A stretch of 64,000 nt of DNA from a virus. The first letter of the stretch is position 1; every line of letters starts with the position of its first letter. The translations under genes were made by a program, and so were the position numbers. The notes under the pieces were generated by a model. It saw only the letters and a list, made by a program, of their open reading frames with translations, was not told where the DNA came from and did not search any database. Below are positions 17,997 through 28,110 of this stretch, piece by piece. The stretch lies in IMG/VR virus record IMGVR_UViG_3300029105_000372; one strand, 5' to 3'.

Positions 17997-18659
17997 TTAT
18001 AATTCTACGCACCGGCAGTTGATGATCTCATCTATCGGTGCGCCCATACTATCATCGAGTGGGAACATCATTTTGTACCCATTGATGATAAAAGGCTCGT
18101 TAATAGGAACTGTTTGGCCGTCCGCCTCCCAGTGGCTAACCCGGACACGTTCATCCCTCATGCTTACCCATGTGTGGGTATTCTGTTTCTTATCCACGAG
18201 GTTCTGATGATTTATCCAGTTATATATCCAGTTTGTCTCATTTAGGGCAATCTCTGTAGCTCTGACATCAGAGAACATTCTTTTCACACTTTTGGGAACA
18301 TCCTCTTCATTCATCATGCCACCGGTCATACGAGATATTTTATATTTATCGTTGCCGTTGGCATTTGCAACTGCCCTCTCTGTGGCTTCCTGAATATACT
18401 TTGCAAATCTGTATGCCTTTTCCCTTACTTCTGTGTCGTACTGATATTCAGGCATCATGGCAAAATAGAGATCCATGAGTTCATTTTCATAATCAGCACT
18501 CGTCTTTTCGTAAAGGAAAATGCCGGAAATAAGATTGAGGAACTGTGCTTCAAAGAAGTCTACAAGTGCATTTATAAACTCCTTGGCGGTTTTCTTCCGG
18601 CGGAGCTTATCGTCTTTGAGAATGTTCATTTCGTCAAAGTATTCAACCGGATTATACAT
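17997..18659 (-). CDS. head morphogenesis protein (Mu-F / SPP1 gp7-like minor capsid protein)
   Basis: 220 aa immediately downstream of the portal. Contains RVSHWEADGQTVPINEPF, characteristic of the Phage_Mu_F family. Confidence 0.6.
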   Translation of the reverse strand: MYNPVEYFDEMNILKDDKLRRKKTAKEFINALVDFFEAQFLNLISGIFLYEKTSADYENELMDLYFAMMPEYQYDTEVREKAYRFAKYIQEATERAVANANGNDKYKISRMTGGMMNEEDVPKSVKRMFSDVRATEIALNETNWIYNWINHQNLVDKKQNTHTWVSMRDERVRVSHWEADGQTVPINEPFIINGYKMMFPLDDSMGAPIDEIINCRCVEL

Positions 18660-18671
18660 AGTTCACACCGC

Positions 18672-20288
18672 CTATTCTTCTACCATTGCAGTCTTACTTG
18701 GCTGCTTAGATTCCTCTGTCTTATCTTTTTCCGTGTTGTTCTCCCCACCGTTCCCCTCTTCATCCTTGTATGCGTTAGGGTTCGGTTGCTGTGTCTTTTC
18801 CTCCTTGGAGGCAAGTTTCTTCTGTATGCCATCAATAATAGGCTTACTATCAACCCATGCCTGTTGTGGATCTGTGAACAGTCCAACAGTGTTAAACGAT
18901 GTAAGACCGTCTACTCCGGCATTAAGCAATGCCACAAGGGAATTGGTCTTAGACACCAAATCATAGGTTTTTGTACGGCAGAAACGGATTTCAACATCTG
19001 CCGTCTCTATATCTTTCAGACCGTCATACGGTCTCTGATCTGTCTTAATGATTTCGATTGCCAAATCAATGAGCTGCATTTCCGGCTCAGTGAATAACTG
19101 TTCAACCGTCTTAGCGGAAATCTCCAAACACTGCCATCCATTGGATAACTGCATCGCACCGGTGGTTGAACCGCCACTTGCCTCCTGCCATGATGGTGTA
19201 GAGGTGATCTGCTCCAACTGAGAATTGAGATGATCCACAAGTTTCTGAACCTCACTCTCATTCAATGTCTGATTGAGGTAAGTGATCTTTGCTTCCTTGC
19301 CGTCCCCGGTACTCTTTGTCATAATGACTCCATCGCCGTCTACGAGGTTTTTCTTGCCCTCTTCGTTTACCTGGCAGTTGTGCATCCAGAGTAAACTCTG
19401 AACGTGTTGCAGAATATCATTGATACGGTCAGAATCCACAAGATTCATTGCATCCATCAGTGGGATAACCTTTTCAAAAATACCCATGCGGTCATTCAGA
19501 TAAAATTCAACGACCGGTATTCTTCGGAGTGGGTTTGGTGCGATATTCTCTTTCAGATGATAGTCTGTCGTGTTCAACTCATGCTCAATGGTATAGCAGA
19601 AATTCTTTGAGTATGCCGTAAGAGTAATTGTTCCATCATCATGTACGGAATAGGTGCATCCTAGCACCGGTTCTCTATATGCGTCATTTGAGTACACCAC
19701 AAAGGTTGTAAGTGGACTTGGAACCAATAGTTCAAATGGAGAATATCTGCTCTTATTTCTGTTCGGCAGCATCATCTGGTAGCCGACACCACAGATAAAT
19801 AAGTTTCTTCCAAGGGCAATATCTTTTGCCGCTTTGCTCTGCTCCTGCATCATTTTATTGAGCATGGCGATCTTCAAATCGTCAATATTCTCTCCATCGT
19901 CCTCATCCTTTTTTCTCAAAAATCCGAATAAGGCTTTCTTCTGTTTCTTTGTCGGTTCTATCTTTGCTCTCTGTACGAAAGTGATCGGGTTGGAAAAACA
20001 ATATCCCAGATGCACGTCCACAATCTTTGAAGCATTGTTTTCTACGACTGTGGCATTGAGATCCGGTCTGATTTTCTTTTCACGGTTAAGAATTGGCTGA
20101 TTGCCTTTCTCGTACTCAAAAAGAAAAACTTCCTGTGCCACATTCTCCTGGTGTTCCATAAACGCCTTAGATACAACCGATATGATATTGTCTTTCGTAA
20201 TTTTCCTCTCATCAGTCATTAACATTCGTCTACCGAGAGTTGGACGGTTGCTTGCGTACATGAAGTTTCCCCTTTCTGAATAAAACAA
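18672..20288 (-). CDS. portal protein (538 aa)
   Basis: Size, position upstream of the Mu-F-like gene, and acidic C-terminal tail. Confidence 0.7.
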   Translation of the reverse strand: MFYSERGNFMYASNRPTLGRRMLMTDERKITKDNIISVVSKAFMEHQENVAQEVFLFEYEKGNQPILNREKKIRPDLNATVVENNASKIVDVHLGYCFSNPITFVQRAKIEPTKKQKKALFGFLRKKDEDDGENIDDLKIAMLNKMMQEQSKAAKDIALGRNLFICGVGYQMMLPNRNKSRYSPFELLVPSPLTTFVVYSNDAYREPVLGCTYSVHDDGTITLTAYSKNFCYTIEHELNTTDYHLKENIAPNPLRRIPVVEFYLNDRMGIFEKVIPLMDAMNLVDSDRINDILQHVQSLLWMHNCQVNEEGKKNLVDGDGVIMTKSTGDGKEAKITYLNQTLNESEVQKLVDHLNSQLEQITSTPSWQEASGGSTTGAMQLSNGWQCLEISAKTVEQLFTEPEMQLIDLAIEIIKTDQRPYDGLKDIETADVEIRFCRTKTYDLVSKTNSLVALLNAGVDGLTSFNTVGLFTDPQQAWVDSKPIIDGIQKKLASKEEKTQQPNPNAYKDEEGNGGENNTEKDKTEESKQPSKTAMVEE

Positions 20289-20509
20289 AAGAACCGATCA
20301 AGTCTACTTATGACTTAACCGGCTCAAAGGCTCTTTGCTTAATTCTATTTTTATTACTTCCTTACATCCACGGCAGTTTATAAAAATCGTGCCGGATGCT
20401 CCGGGTGCTTTCTTGAAAAGAAGTTTTTCACGGTTTGCCCGCGCCTTACATACAGGGCAGTATACGTTTTCCGTTTCCAATATAGCTGCTCCTTTCTGTA
20501 TGTGGATAG

Positions 20510-20583
20510 TTGCGTGGATGGGATTTGAACCCACGACCGTCTGATTAAAAGTCAGATGCGCTACCGAACTGCGCCACCACACA
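20510..20583 (-). tRNA. tRNA-Lys (anticodon TTT)
   Basis: Manual fold: acceptor TGTGTGG/CCACGCA, D arm GCGC-AGTTCGGTA-GCGC, anticodon arm TCTGA-CTTTTAA-TCAGA, T arm GTGGG-TTCAAAT-CCCAT. Confidence 0.6.
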
Positions 20584-20653
20584 TTACTGGGCGGCTCGCC
20601 ACCGCCCTATCCTACAATAATGGAGGAATCCATGGCCTCTCGAAAGAGGCAAG

Positions 20654-20726
20654 AGCCAAGAGTGGGAATCGAACCCACAACCTTTTGATTACAAATCAAA
20701 TGCTCTGCCAGTTGAGCTATCCGGGC
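20654..20726 (-). tRNA. tRNA-Thr (anticodon TGT)
   Basis: Manual fold: D arm GCTC-AACTGGCA-GAGC, anticodon arm TTTGA-TTTGTAA-TCAAA, T arm GTGGG-TTCGATT-CCCAC. One C.T mismatch in the acceptor stem. Confidence 0.55.
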
Positions 20727-21061
20727 TTACCAATATGGAGTAGCGTTCACTACTCCATATCAAGAAAGGGATAATCCACCAACGTCTATACCAAGACACC
20801 ATCATTTTAACAAAAAAGGAATGATAACGCATTAAAATATCGGTGTAGCCGATATTCAACGTAGTCATTCCTTTTCAAATGATATAATTGAAAGTTAAAT
20901 GATGTAATTGAGTTCGTTATTCTCCGTGTTTTGGTTCGTAGTCTATGCAATAATCGTCCCAGGATGTAACTGCTCCGTAACAATCACTTTCCTCATTGGC
21001 GCATATCCAATCCGTTGTCCCATTGAAATTCTCATGCCATGTGCATGATCCGCAATTTTCA

Positions 21062-21421
21062 CTACATCCCATTCTGCATCTCCATCAATCTCTGTGCCTC
21101 TTCTGGGCTACATACAGTCACTCCTGTTTCTTCCTCACATTTTTTAACCATGCCAGCTCCGTCTCCGGCGTAGTCCTCCCAAATGTGCTGAGACTCCACG
21201 AATATATCATTGATACGTTTATACCCAAAACCGTATGTGCGGTGCAACGCAATGGCGATAGCCGCATATATCTGTGGAACCATCTGATCTGCTGCGGTAG
21301 CAACATTCTGTGAGCGGTTTCTTCTGGCAATTTCATTCAGAGAATTTATCAATTTATTATTCTTCCCCATTATCCATATCCTCCAAAATCTGCTCTGTAT
21401 CAAGCAGTTCTGCAATATCAT
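21062..21421 (-). CDS. hypothetical protein (119 aa)
   Basis: ORF at the edge of the accessory island. Confidence 0.3.
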   Translation of the reverse strand: MILQNCLIQSRFWRIWIMGKNNKLINSLNEIARRNRSQNVATAADQMVPQIYAAIAIALHRTYGFGYKRINDIFVESQHIWEDYAGDGAGMVKKCEEETGVTVCSPEEAQRLMEMQNGM

Positions 21422-21563
21422 AGGAGCAGCACGCAGGTTCTATTGGTTCTCCGCCGTAGCATACCATACCGTGGCTGCAATCTTCTGAAAGTGTGCAGTA
21501 ATGGCAGTAATCATCCCCATCGTGTTCGCTTATCCATTTATTGATTTTTTCCTCTTCTGTCAT
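21357..21563 (-). CDS. small Cys-rich protein (68 aa)
   Basis: CHYCTLSEDCSHGMVCYGGEPIEPACC, a possible metal-binding peptide. Confidence 0.3.
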   Translation of the reverse strand: MTEEEKINKWISEHDGDDYCHYCTLSEDCSHGMVCYGGEPIEPACCSYDIAELLDTEQILEDMDNGEE

Positions 21564-21910
21564 TTCTTTTTCATCCCTCTGATAGTATGCTTTTTACGGT
21601 TTCCTACAAATCTGCCGCCGCCCTTTTGGTTGCCATAGATAAATGCCGCCATATTCCCACCAGACAGTTTCTGCGTGACCGGTTTGAAATCTGTCTGTGT
21701 GTTTTCCTCCATAGGGCGTAATGATGGCGTTTCGGGTTTATACTGAGGTCTCCATACCATGGCAATTTTATTGTCTTTGGGATCCACAAATCCAATACCA
21801 TTTTCAAAGATAGTAAGATTAAGTCCATGCCGGATGCAGGCCTCTTCGATCTCTTTCTGTACCTCAACTGCTTTTTTCTGTGCTTCTGTCATACCATTTT
21901 CTCCTTTCAT
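21560..21910 (-). CDS. hypothetical protein with basic C-terminus (116 aa)
   Basis: ORF immediately downstream of the kinase gene. Confidence 0.3.
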   Translation of the reverse strand: MKGENGMTEAQKKAVEVQKEIEEACIRHGLNLTIFENGIGFVDPKDNKIAMVWRPQYKPETPSLRPMEENTQTDFKPVTQKLSGGNMAAFIYGNQKGGGRFVGNRKKHTIRGMKKK

Positions 21911-23637
21911 CGTACAGTTCTCCCAAGTCTATAAATATTTTCATCATTGATGATCGTAAATGCTGTGGAATCTTTGATTAAACAGCTATCTGGCGATACG
22001 GCTTCGCACTCAAAATCCTTAAATGCCTGTTTCTGGTACGAATATATTCTGATATTCCCATCAATCGGTATTGAAATATTGGAGTTATAAAAACATACAT
22101 TGCCAAGCCCACATTGATATTTAATGCGATCCTCGCTATACGCTACTCCATGTTCATTGCACACAAAGGTAAAGAACTGTCCGGCTCCGTTCTCCAACAC
22201 TATAAGCCATCCTCCGGTTATTTTATCTCTGTGTATTCCATAATTATTCACGGTATCGGTATATGGTATCTCAATATTTTTCCCATCCAGACTCACAATG
22301 AGGTTTTCTGCAAATCTACTTACAACGCACGAATGTCCCTCAGATACCGCAAAGTAACTCTCATACCCACATTTTGTAATCGTCCGTATTCCGTTGCCTG
22401 ATTTCGTGATCTGAATTGAGGTTAATGTATTGGCGGGACTTATGAAGTATACTGAATCTCCTGCTGCATAAATCGGGCTCTTGTATTTCTTATCAAACAC
22501 ATATTCTCTATCCGTGGTAAACCAGAACGCTCTATCATCCGCTTTTATTGCAATATTCTCTGTTCCAACCTCTGCAAAATGATATTTAATTCCGCTTTCG
22601 TATGCGAATTTATTCCCATTCTTAACTTCCACTACTTCTCCAGCATTATTGATATAACACTGCTCATTTAGAACAATTTTTACATCGTTTCCTTTGAGCA
22701 TCGTGATAAGTGTAAGTCCTCCTGTTACCCCTTGTGATACCGGCTTAGTAAGAACATTTGCGTTATTATCACATAGCGGACAACGAGCATATTTGCCATA
22801 ATAAAACTCCTGGTGTGCATCGCAGAATTTAAGGTGCTTTGCCATGTGTTTTAATTCATCCCCCATAGATCGGCTCTTATTCTCAAAAATCTTTTTCAGA
22901 GAATCAACCAGATAAGGAGATAAGTTTTTCCACGGTTTAATCGTTCTTGGTATTTTTACTTTTGGATTGTCTATTACGCATATTCCTCGTTTCATACGTT
23001 CTACAATATCCATATCTGGTGTCACAGTCCCGCCATGCGGATGAATCCTTGTAAGGGTTTTCCAAATCAAAATTGCCTCTGCGTATGTGTCTGTTTCCTC
23101 TGAAAAATCATTTCCTTTCATCAATGGATCTTTGAATAAGTCCATGCAAACTTCGCATTTTTCATCTTCCACGCTCCAACTATCACAATCTATAAAGTAC
23201 ACATTTCCAGTTTTGTCAAAGAGGATGTTCTGATCGTTCAGATCCCCAATATACACTCCGGCGGAATGTATATCTCTCACGGTGTCCTGTATCTTTACGA
23301 GTATTTCCAAAATATCTTTCGTGGTTATCCCATTCGCTTTCAGATATTTTTTACTTGTGAGAACTCTTACTTCCTCTCCTACGGCTTTTGGCATAATGTA
23401 ACCAATAAACTTATTGTTATTGTCATACACTGCCGTAATCGGTTTAATAGCCTCCTTTGGCAGCGGTTTGTCAATGAGCATGGCAACTTTCTTTTCCTTG
23501 GCTGCAATATCAACACAGGGTTTGTAAATTTTCAGAATATCGTTGCCAAACTCATAGATATATCCCTCGCCTCCCTCCGTTATGGGGGTAAGCTGTCTTA
23601 TCTTTTCTTTTCCTATCCTCGTTAGTGCCATTTTCAT
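21907..23637 (-). CDS. eukaryotic-like Ser/Thr protein kinase with C-terminal Zn-ribbon / beta-rich extension (576 aa)
   Basis: Gly-loop GGEGYIYEF, lysine in ILKIYKP, catalytic-loop-like IGDLNDQNILFD and DFG-like IDCDSW. C-terminal CPLC..C motifs. Confidence 0.65.
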   Translation of the reverse strand: MKMALTRIGKEKIRQLTPITEGGEGYIYEFGNDILKIYKPCVDIAAKEKKVAMLIDKPLPKEAIKPITAVYDNNNKFIGYIMPKAVGEEVRVLTSKKYLKANGITTKDILEILVKIQDTVRDIHSAGVYIGDLNDQNILFDKTGNVYFIDCDSWSVEDEKCEVCMDLFKDPLMKGNDFSEETDTYAEAILIWKTLTRIHPHGGTVTPDMDIVERMKRGICVIDNPKVKIPRTIKPWKNLSPYLVDSLKKIFENKSRSMGDELKHMAKHLKFCDAHQEFYYGKYARCPLCDNNANVLTKPVSQGVTGGLTLITMLKGNDVKIVLNEQCYINNAGEVVEVKNGNKFAYESGIKYHFAEVGTENIAIKADDRAFWFTTDREYVFDKKYKSPIYAAGDSVYFISPANTLTSIQITKSGNGIRTITKCGYESYFAVSEGHSCVVSRFAENLIVSLDGKNIEIPYTDTVNNYGIHRDKITGGWLIVLENGAGQFFTFVCNEHGVAYSEDRIKYQCGLGNVCFYNSNISIPIDGNIRIYSYQKQAFKDFECEAVSPDSCLIKDSTAFTIINDENIYRLGRTVR

Positions 23638-23646
23638 AATGCCCTC

Positions 23647-24333
23647 CTACAATACGATTGTTGTATCATCCTGGAATACTCTCTGATGTTTGTTTATAAA
23701 CCTCTTTACCCTTACTTCCTTACCGCTCTGCAGGGCTTCCGTAAATTCTTTCTTAAATTGTGCATCTTTCATGGCGAATCGTATTCCGTCAGACGCTACA
23801 CCAATATTCCTGTATTCGTCTTTTGGAAAAGCCTTTGTGGAAAAAATGACACCATCTTTGTACTGTTTGAGCATATCCTTATCCACATAATTATAGGCAA
23901 AGTATTTCGGGTATTCTCCGTCAGATAGTTCTTCAAACTCAATCGTTCCGTCCAGACGTTCTTTCACGATAAAACCATCTCCGCAGTAATCTACCATGAA
24001 ATGTGTCTCATTTTCAGTAACCATAAGGATCGTAAAACAAAGGAAATCTCTGATTGAGCCGGAAGTCTGCCCGAATAGACCAAGTATCTCTCCAAAAGCG
24101 GCTGCGGCAGTATATACACTACATTCATGTATAATTCTGCTGTCATTTTTCAAAAGATGGCAAAACGCTTTTGCTCCAACTTCCGAATGTTTCCCCTCCG
24201 AACAGCCATCGCAAACAACTTTCATCCCATCAAATTCAATTCCGTAGTCCTGGCAATTCGTACCGTAGTCGATATGTTGCTGACCGATTTTATTTATAAC
24301 CATTGTATTTCCTCCCACAAAAAAGAACGGCAA
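23647..24333 (-). CDS. PP2C-like Ser/Thr phosphatase (228 aa)
   Basis: N-terminal NCQDYGIE...VVCDGCSEGKHSEVGAKAF resembles the PP2C metal-binding motifs (xED..DGMGGH). Sits between the vWA and kinase genes. Confidence 0.5.
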   Translation of the reverse strand: MPFFFVGGNTMVINKIGQQHIDYGTNCQDYGIEFDGMKVVCDGCSEGKHSEVGAKAFCHLLKNDSRIIHECSVYTAAAAFGEILGLFGQTSGSIRDFLCFTILMVTENETHFMVDYCGDGFIVKERLDGTIEFEELSDGEYPKYFAYNYVDKDMLKQYKDGVIFSTKAFPKDEYRNIGVASDGIRFAMKDAQFKKEFTEALQSGKEVRVKRFINKHQRVFQDDTTIVL

Positions 24334-24366
24334 CCCCTTTTAGGATCGCCGTTCTACTCTCATTTT

Positions 24367-25041
24367 TTATACGTCAAAAAAATCATCCTGTTTCGATACG
24401 GCACTCTTGGAGTTTTCAATCACTGATTTTGATAAGCAGTTGAAAGCTCTTCTGAGTTCTGATGCAGAACTGCTTACATCGAGGATATTCTTGAATCCAA
24501 GGTCTTTCGCCTCCTGTGTTGCCTGTCCTCCGAAACTGATAAACGCAGTAACGATTTCTTCCACGTTCAGATACTCTACCGCTTTCTTTGCCTTTGCAAA
24601 CCCTCCCGGCTGAGAAGAGTTATCCATCCCATCTCCGAAAATTGCAAACACGGCCTTTACTCTCATTCCCTCATTTTTGAGGAAGTCTCTGTATTCTTTC
24701 AACTTCTCAGTTCCATCAATGATCGTATCGTACATAGCTGTGCATCCATCGGTGCTATACGAAGTGTCAAACTCTGTAATGCGCTTATAGCCTCCTACGG
24801 TTGCACTGTCGGAGAAGTCTGCTCTTGCAACCAGAATCTCATCACATTCCTTGGAATTGATAAGTGCATCTTTGAAATCCGAAAGAGCTTTTACCATATC
24901 TCTTTCATACATTCCCATAGAACCAGACTTGTCGATTCCGACAAAAATTAAATTGATGTTCTCACTGTCGATTTCATCAATGGAGGTATTTGCGATCTCA
25001 ACCTCATCTAATCCGTCAATTACCTGTTCTGTTTCATTCAT
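24367..25041 (-). CDS. vWA-domain protein (TerY-like; 224 aa)
   Basis: MIDAS motif IFVGIDKSGSMG with downstream Thr and Asp positions; a Rossmann-like alternating pattern. Confidence 0.7.
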   Translation of the reverse strand: MNETEQVIDGLDEVEIANTSIDEIDSENINLIFVGIDKSGSMGMYERDMVKALSDFKDALINSKECDEILVARADFSDSATVGGYKRITEFDTSYSTDGCTAMYDTIIDGTEKLKEYRDFLKNEGMRVKAVFAIFGDGMDNSSQPGGFAKAKKAVEYLNVEEIVTAFISFGGQATQEAKDLGFKNILDVSSSASELRRAFNCLSKSVIENSKSAVSKQDDFFDV

Positions 25042-25053
25042 ACCGGCTACCTC

Positions 25054-25962
25054 CTACAAAATATCATCTGTGCTTTTCACGATGTTTACATGGTACGTTT
25101 TCTTAAAATCATCAAAGGTCTGCTCAGTAACATCCTCAAACCCAGGAATGGAGGACATACAATCTTCCAGGATATAGATTTTCTGAGTGATCTCTGGGCG
25201 ATTAGCGTAATGTTCGAGAATCTGTTTAATGCTTTCCAATACGCAATGGCTCTTTGCCTCTCCTGCAATAATGATCTTGTCGTAATTTTCCAGTTTGTTC
25301 AGGAAGTCGATATTGATGTAGTTCTTTGTATCATACTCAGGTTTGATAATTCCGTACATTTCGCTGAGTGGATCCTGTCCTTTTACAAGACGCTGCGTAA
25401 CGGCTTTCTTTGCAACAGAGTGAAAATAAATCATGTTGGCAAACTGATTTTCAAATGCCGCACCAGATGTACCCTGTAAACAGTGGTAAGACCATACGCA
25501 TAAGGTTTTCTTTCCGTCTTTTTCCAGATGTTCTACATAGTCACGGCTCTGGCGAGGGTAGATAACAGCTCTGTACTTTCCAGAATCAAGGTCTGCCAGC
25601 GTAATCGGTGTGTAAGGAGCCGGATTGTTGCCATTTTCATCAATCCACCAGCACGGATGGAAAATCTGATGTGGTGTGTGGGTATCAATAGATACCGCAA
25701 TGTTTGTAATTTTATCCATATTGTTATAGATAAACTGTGTCATTCTCTCCACATCGCCGTGTGCTCCGGGAACTCCGAGTGCTCCATTATCCATGAAGTC
25801 CTGCTGCACATCAATTCCGAGAAACAATACTCTCTCTTTGTTTTGTGCTGCCGGTGTAAGCTGCTCATCGTTTGCCTTTCTCAAAATCTCATTTAGAGAA
25901 ATCGGATTTGTCTGTGAACCAATACTTGCGATGTTCACAATTTCATTGTAGGGTGTTTTCAT
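25054..25962 (-). CDS. isochorismatase-family cysteine hydrolase (nicotinamidase-like; 302 aa)
   Basis: LFLGIDVQQDF near the N-terminus and IIAGEAKSHCVLES catalytic-Cys region, both typical of the isochorismatase/PncA fold. Confidence 0.55.
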   Translation of the reverse strand: MKTPYNEIVNIASIGSQTNPISLNEILRKANDEQLTPAAQNKERVLFLGIDVQQDFMDNGALGVPGAHGDVERMTQFIYNNMDKITNIAVSIDTHTPHQIFHPCWWIDENGNNPAPYTPITLADLDSGKYRAVIYPRQSRDYVEHLEKDGKKTLCVWSYHCLQGTSGAAFENQFANMIYFHSVAKKAVTQRLVKGQDPLSEMYGIIKPEYDTKNYINIDFLNKLENYDKIIIAGEAKSHCVLESIKQILEHYANRPEITQKIYILEDCMSSIPGFEDVTEQTFDDFKKTYHVNIVKSTDDIL

Positions 25963-26024
25963 TGGTGGTTATCTCCTTTTATATTTTATTTGACCGGAGC
26001 TATTTGCCCCGGTCAGTATTTACT

Positions 26025-27476
26025 CTATTCGACTGTGATGCAATCATATCTCTCAGAATTGATTGTATTCTCCATAGCCTCAACCGGATTGTAGCCAAGG
26101 TTCTGCAGGATCTGTTTGAATACCGTCACGGACTGTCCGCTTGCAAGCTGCACACCCTTACGGTTGTGATCTGCATGGAATACATCGTGTCTGCTATTCA
26201 CATTCCAAAAGATGATGTTCGGGATTACATAACCGGCCTTGCAGAACTTATTTGCCATCTTGTCATAGAACGACCACTCACGGTTTCCGCAATAGTCAAT
26301 TTCCATATCAGAGATAACAACGATTGCTTTCGGCATTTCCTCCTGCGGAGTATTATGCTTTTTCGCAATTTCAAGAACCCTCTCAAAAGCAGCTTTAAGG
26401 TCTGTGTTGCCATCCCAATTTGCTCTGCTCACGTTGCAAATCTTCTGTTCAAGGGTTTCTCCCCTCAGAATAACCGTCTCCGGTCTGTCAGAGAACGTCA
26501 TAAACAGATTGTGGTATGCACCCACATTTCTCTCTGCAAAATAGATTGCAAGACCGATTGATGTTGCCATAGGTCTGCCTCTCATAGAACCGGACACATC
26601 CGCCATAACTAAAGCGTTTGTTCCTTTCTCCACATAATCTGGCAATGCTTTCCACTGTGCTTCGAGTACCTTACTGCTCTCTCTGCCATAAAGGATCTTC
26701 TCAACAATATCGTAAGGGAACAGTGTTGAAGCATTGATTTTTACCTCTCCCTTTTCTGCCTTGTTGATAAACTCTCCAAACCTCTCAGCATCATGTTTCA
26801 TAAATGCCTTGCGGTAAATCATCATCGCACGGCTCGGAACTTCCGGGTATTTGATTTCATCCCATCTTCCGGCTGACATAAGACTTTCAACGACACCGAT
26901 CTGTTTTCTCATGCTACGGACGATTCTCTTGAAATTGTAGACCGGATAGCCTAATTTCTGCGCCGTAAGGATTCCGAGTTTTCTTGTGGCAGAGCTGCTT
27001 GCATCTGCGGTCTTAATCCATTTTGCAAGTAAAGAAATTGCATTTCCGGCATTGAGGTTCTGTAAATCTTCCTCAAACTGTTTCTTCATTGCCGCCCACA
27101 TATCGTCCTCCAATGGAGTTCCGATAAGCTCATACAGATCATCATATCTTCCGAATACACCAACCAGATCAAGGTTTGGTCTGAGTGCTTCTGGGTGTTT
27201 CTCTGCCATATAACGAATAATGGTTCTGAAAGTCTTTCTCTCTCCAAGACCGCCACGAATGTCTCTTGCATAGAACGCAATCTTTGTAGCAAAGAGTTTA
27301 TCCTGTGCGTATGCCTCAGCAAACAGAGTGGTAATTCTGTTCTCATCAGCCTCTCTCAGCGATCCGATTGTACCAAACAGATCCAGTCGGGCATCGCCAG
27401 AGGTATTCAGTGCCACTGCACCGTTTTCAGTCCGGGTAAATCTACCCTCTTCTCTCATTGCATCTGCAAAACTCAT
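26025..27476 (-). CDS. large vWA-domain protein (483 aa; phage DUF2828-like, possibly Ro60-related vWA)
   Basis: MIDAS motif LVMADVSGSMRGRP followed by a long alpha/beta region. This architecture is common in phage genomes. Family assignment is from memory only. Confidence 0.5.
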   Translation of the reverse strand: MSFADAMREEGRFTRTENGAVALNTSGDARLDLFGTIGSLREADENRITTLFAEAYAQDKLFATKIAFYARDIRGGLGERKTFRTIIRYMAEKHPEALRPNLDLVGVFGRYDDLYELIGTPLEDDMWAAMKKQFEEDLQNLNAGNAISLLAKWIKTADASSSATRKLGILTAQKLGYPVYNFKRIVRSMRKQIGVVESLMSAGRWDEIKYPEVPSRAMMIYRKAFMKHDAERFGEFINKAEKGEVKINASTLFPYDIVEKILYGRESSKVLEAQWKALPDYVEKGTNALVMADVSGSMRGRPMATSIGLAIYFAERNVGAYHNLFMTFSDRPETVILRGETLEQKICNVSRANWDGNTDLKAAFERVLEIAKKHNTPQEEMPKAIVVISDMEIDYCGNREWSFYDKMANKFCKAGYVIPNIIFWNVNSRHDVFHADHNRKGVQLASGQSVTVFKQILQNLGYNPVEAMENTINSERYDCITVE

Positions 27477-27678
27477 GTTTTCCTACCTTTCCAGGACTCT
27501 CATTTACGGAATTGAACCGTTTCACATTGTTTTTTAGACATTTGCTTTAACCATTGTGATTGCTGTAGGAGTCCCTATAAAATTGTTTACCGTTTCATTG
27601 TCAGGACACTATTGGGGTTTATGATTAACAGTCATATCCAAAAGGGTTGCTGTAAGTGTCCCATGTAAAGTTTTATGC

Positions 27679-27969
27679 CTATCTGGCTAACTTTTTAAGT
27701 TCATACCGCCTGTTATGTATCGCTCCGACAGAACGACCAATCTTCTCAGACAGTTCAGAATCGGTAATCTCATGTTTGATTACCAGTGCATCTTCCTCCG
27801 TAGTCCACGGATGAGACGGATATAGAAATGACGTTTTGCTGTAATATCGCCTATGCTGCCTCTGACACGCTTTATGATACTTTTCCATATCCCTATAATC
27901 TTCTTTTCGGTTCATAGGCAACCTCTTTCTTTTTACATGACGCTGTTTCAAACGGGAAAATATTGTCAA
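27679..27969 (-). CDS. small basic HTH-like protein (96 aa)
   Basis: WTTEEDALV...IGRSVGAIHNRRYEL resembles a sigma-r4/Myb-like HTH. Confidence 0.3.
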   Translation of the reverse strand: MTIFSRLKQRHVKRKRLPMNRKEDYRDMEKYHKACQRQHRRYYSKTSFLYPSHPWTTEEDALVIKHEITDSELSEKIGRSVGAIHNRRYELKKLAR

Positions 27970-28012
27970 TGGAATTTTCTGTTTTGAAAGATTGCTGTAA
28001 GCGTCACTTAAT

Positions 28013-28108
28013 TGCCCCGACAGGACTTGAACCCGTATGCTCGATTGCTGTAAGGAACACTCCTGTCAACCATGTTCCATCCGGTTTACCATAACCGGCA
28101 ATCGGGGC
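28013..28108 (-). ncRNA. tRNA-like gene, atypical: canonical acceptor and T arm but 13-nt anticodon loop and 17-nt variable region
   Basis: Acceptor GCCCCGA/TCGGGGC, D arm CCGG-TTATGGTAAA-CCGG, 6-bp stem GGAACA/TGTTCC enclosing TGGTTGACAGGAG, T arm ACGGG-TTCAAGT-CCTGT. No 7-nt anticodon loop could be formed. Confidence 0.5.
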
Positions 28109-28110
28109 AG

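Noticed and set aside
20304-20582. ORF 20304..20582 (-) 92 aa overlapping tRNA-Lys
   Set aside because: The N-terminal third overlaps the tRNA gene. The C-terminal part has a CxxC...CxxC zinc-ribbon and might be a genuine small ORF with an unannotated start, but I cannot support a start codon.
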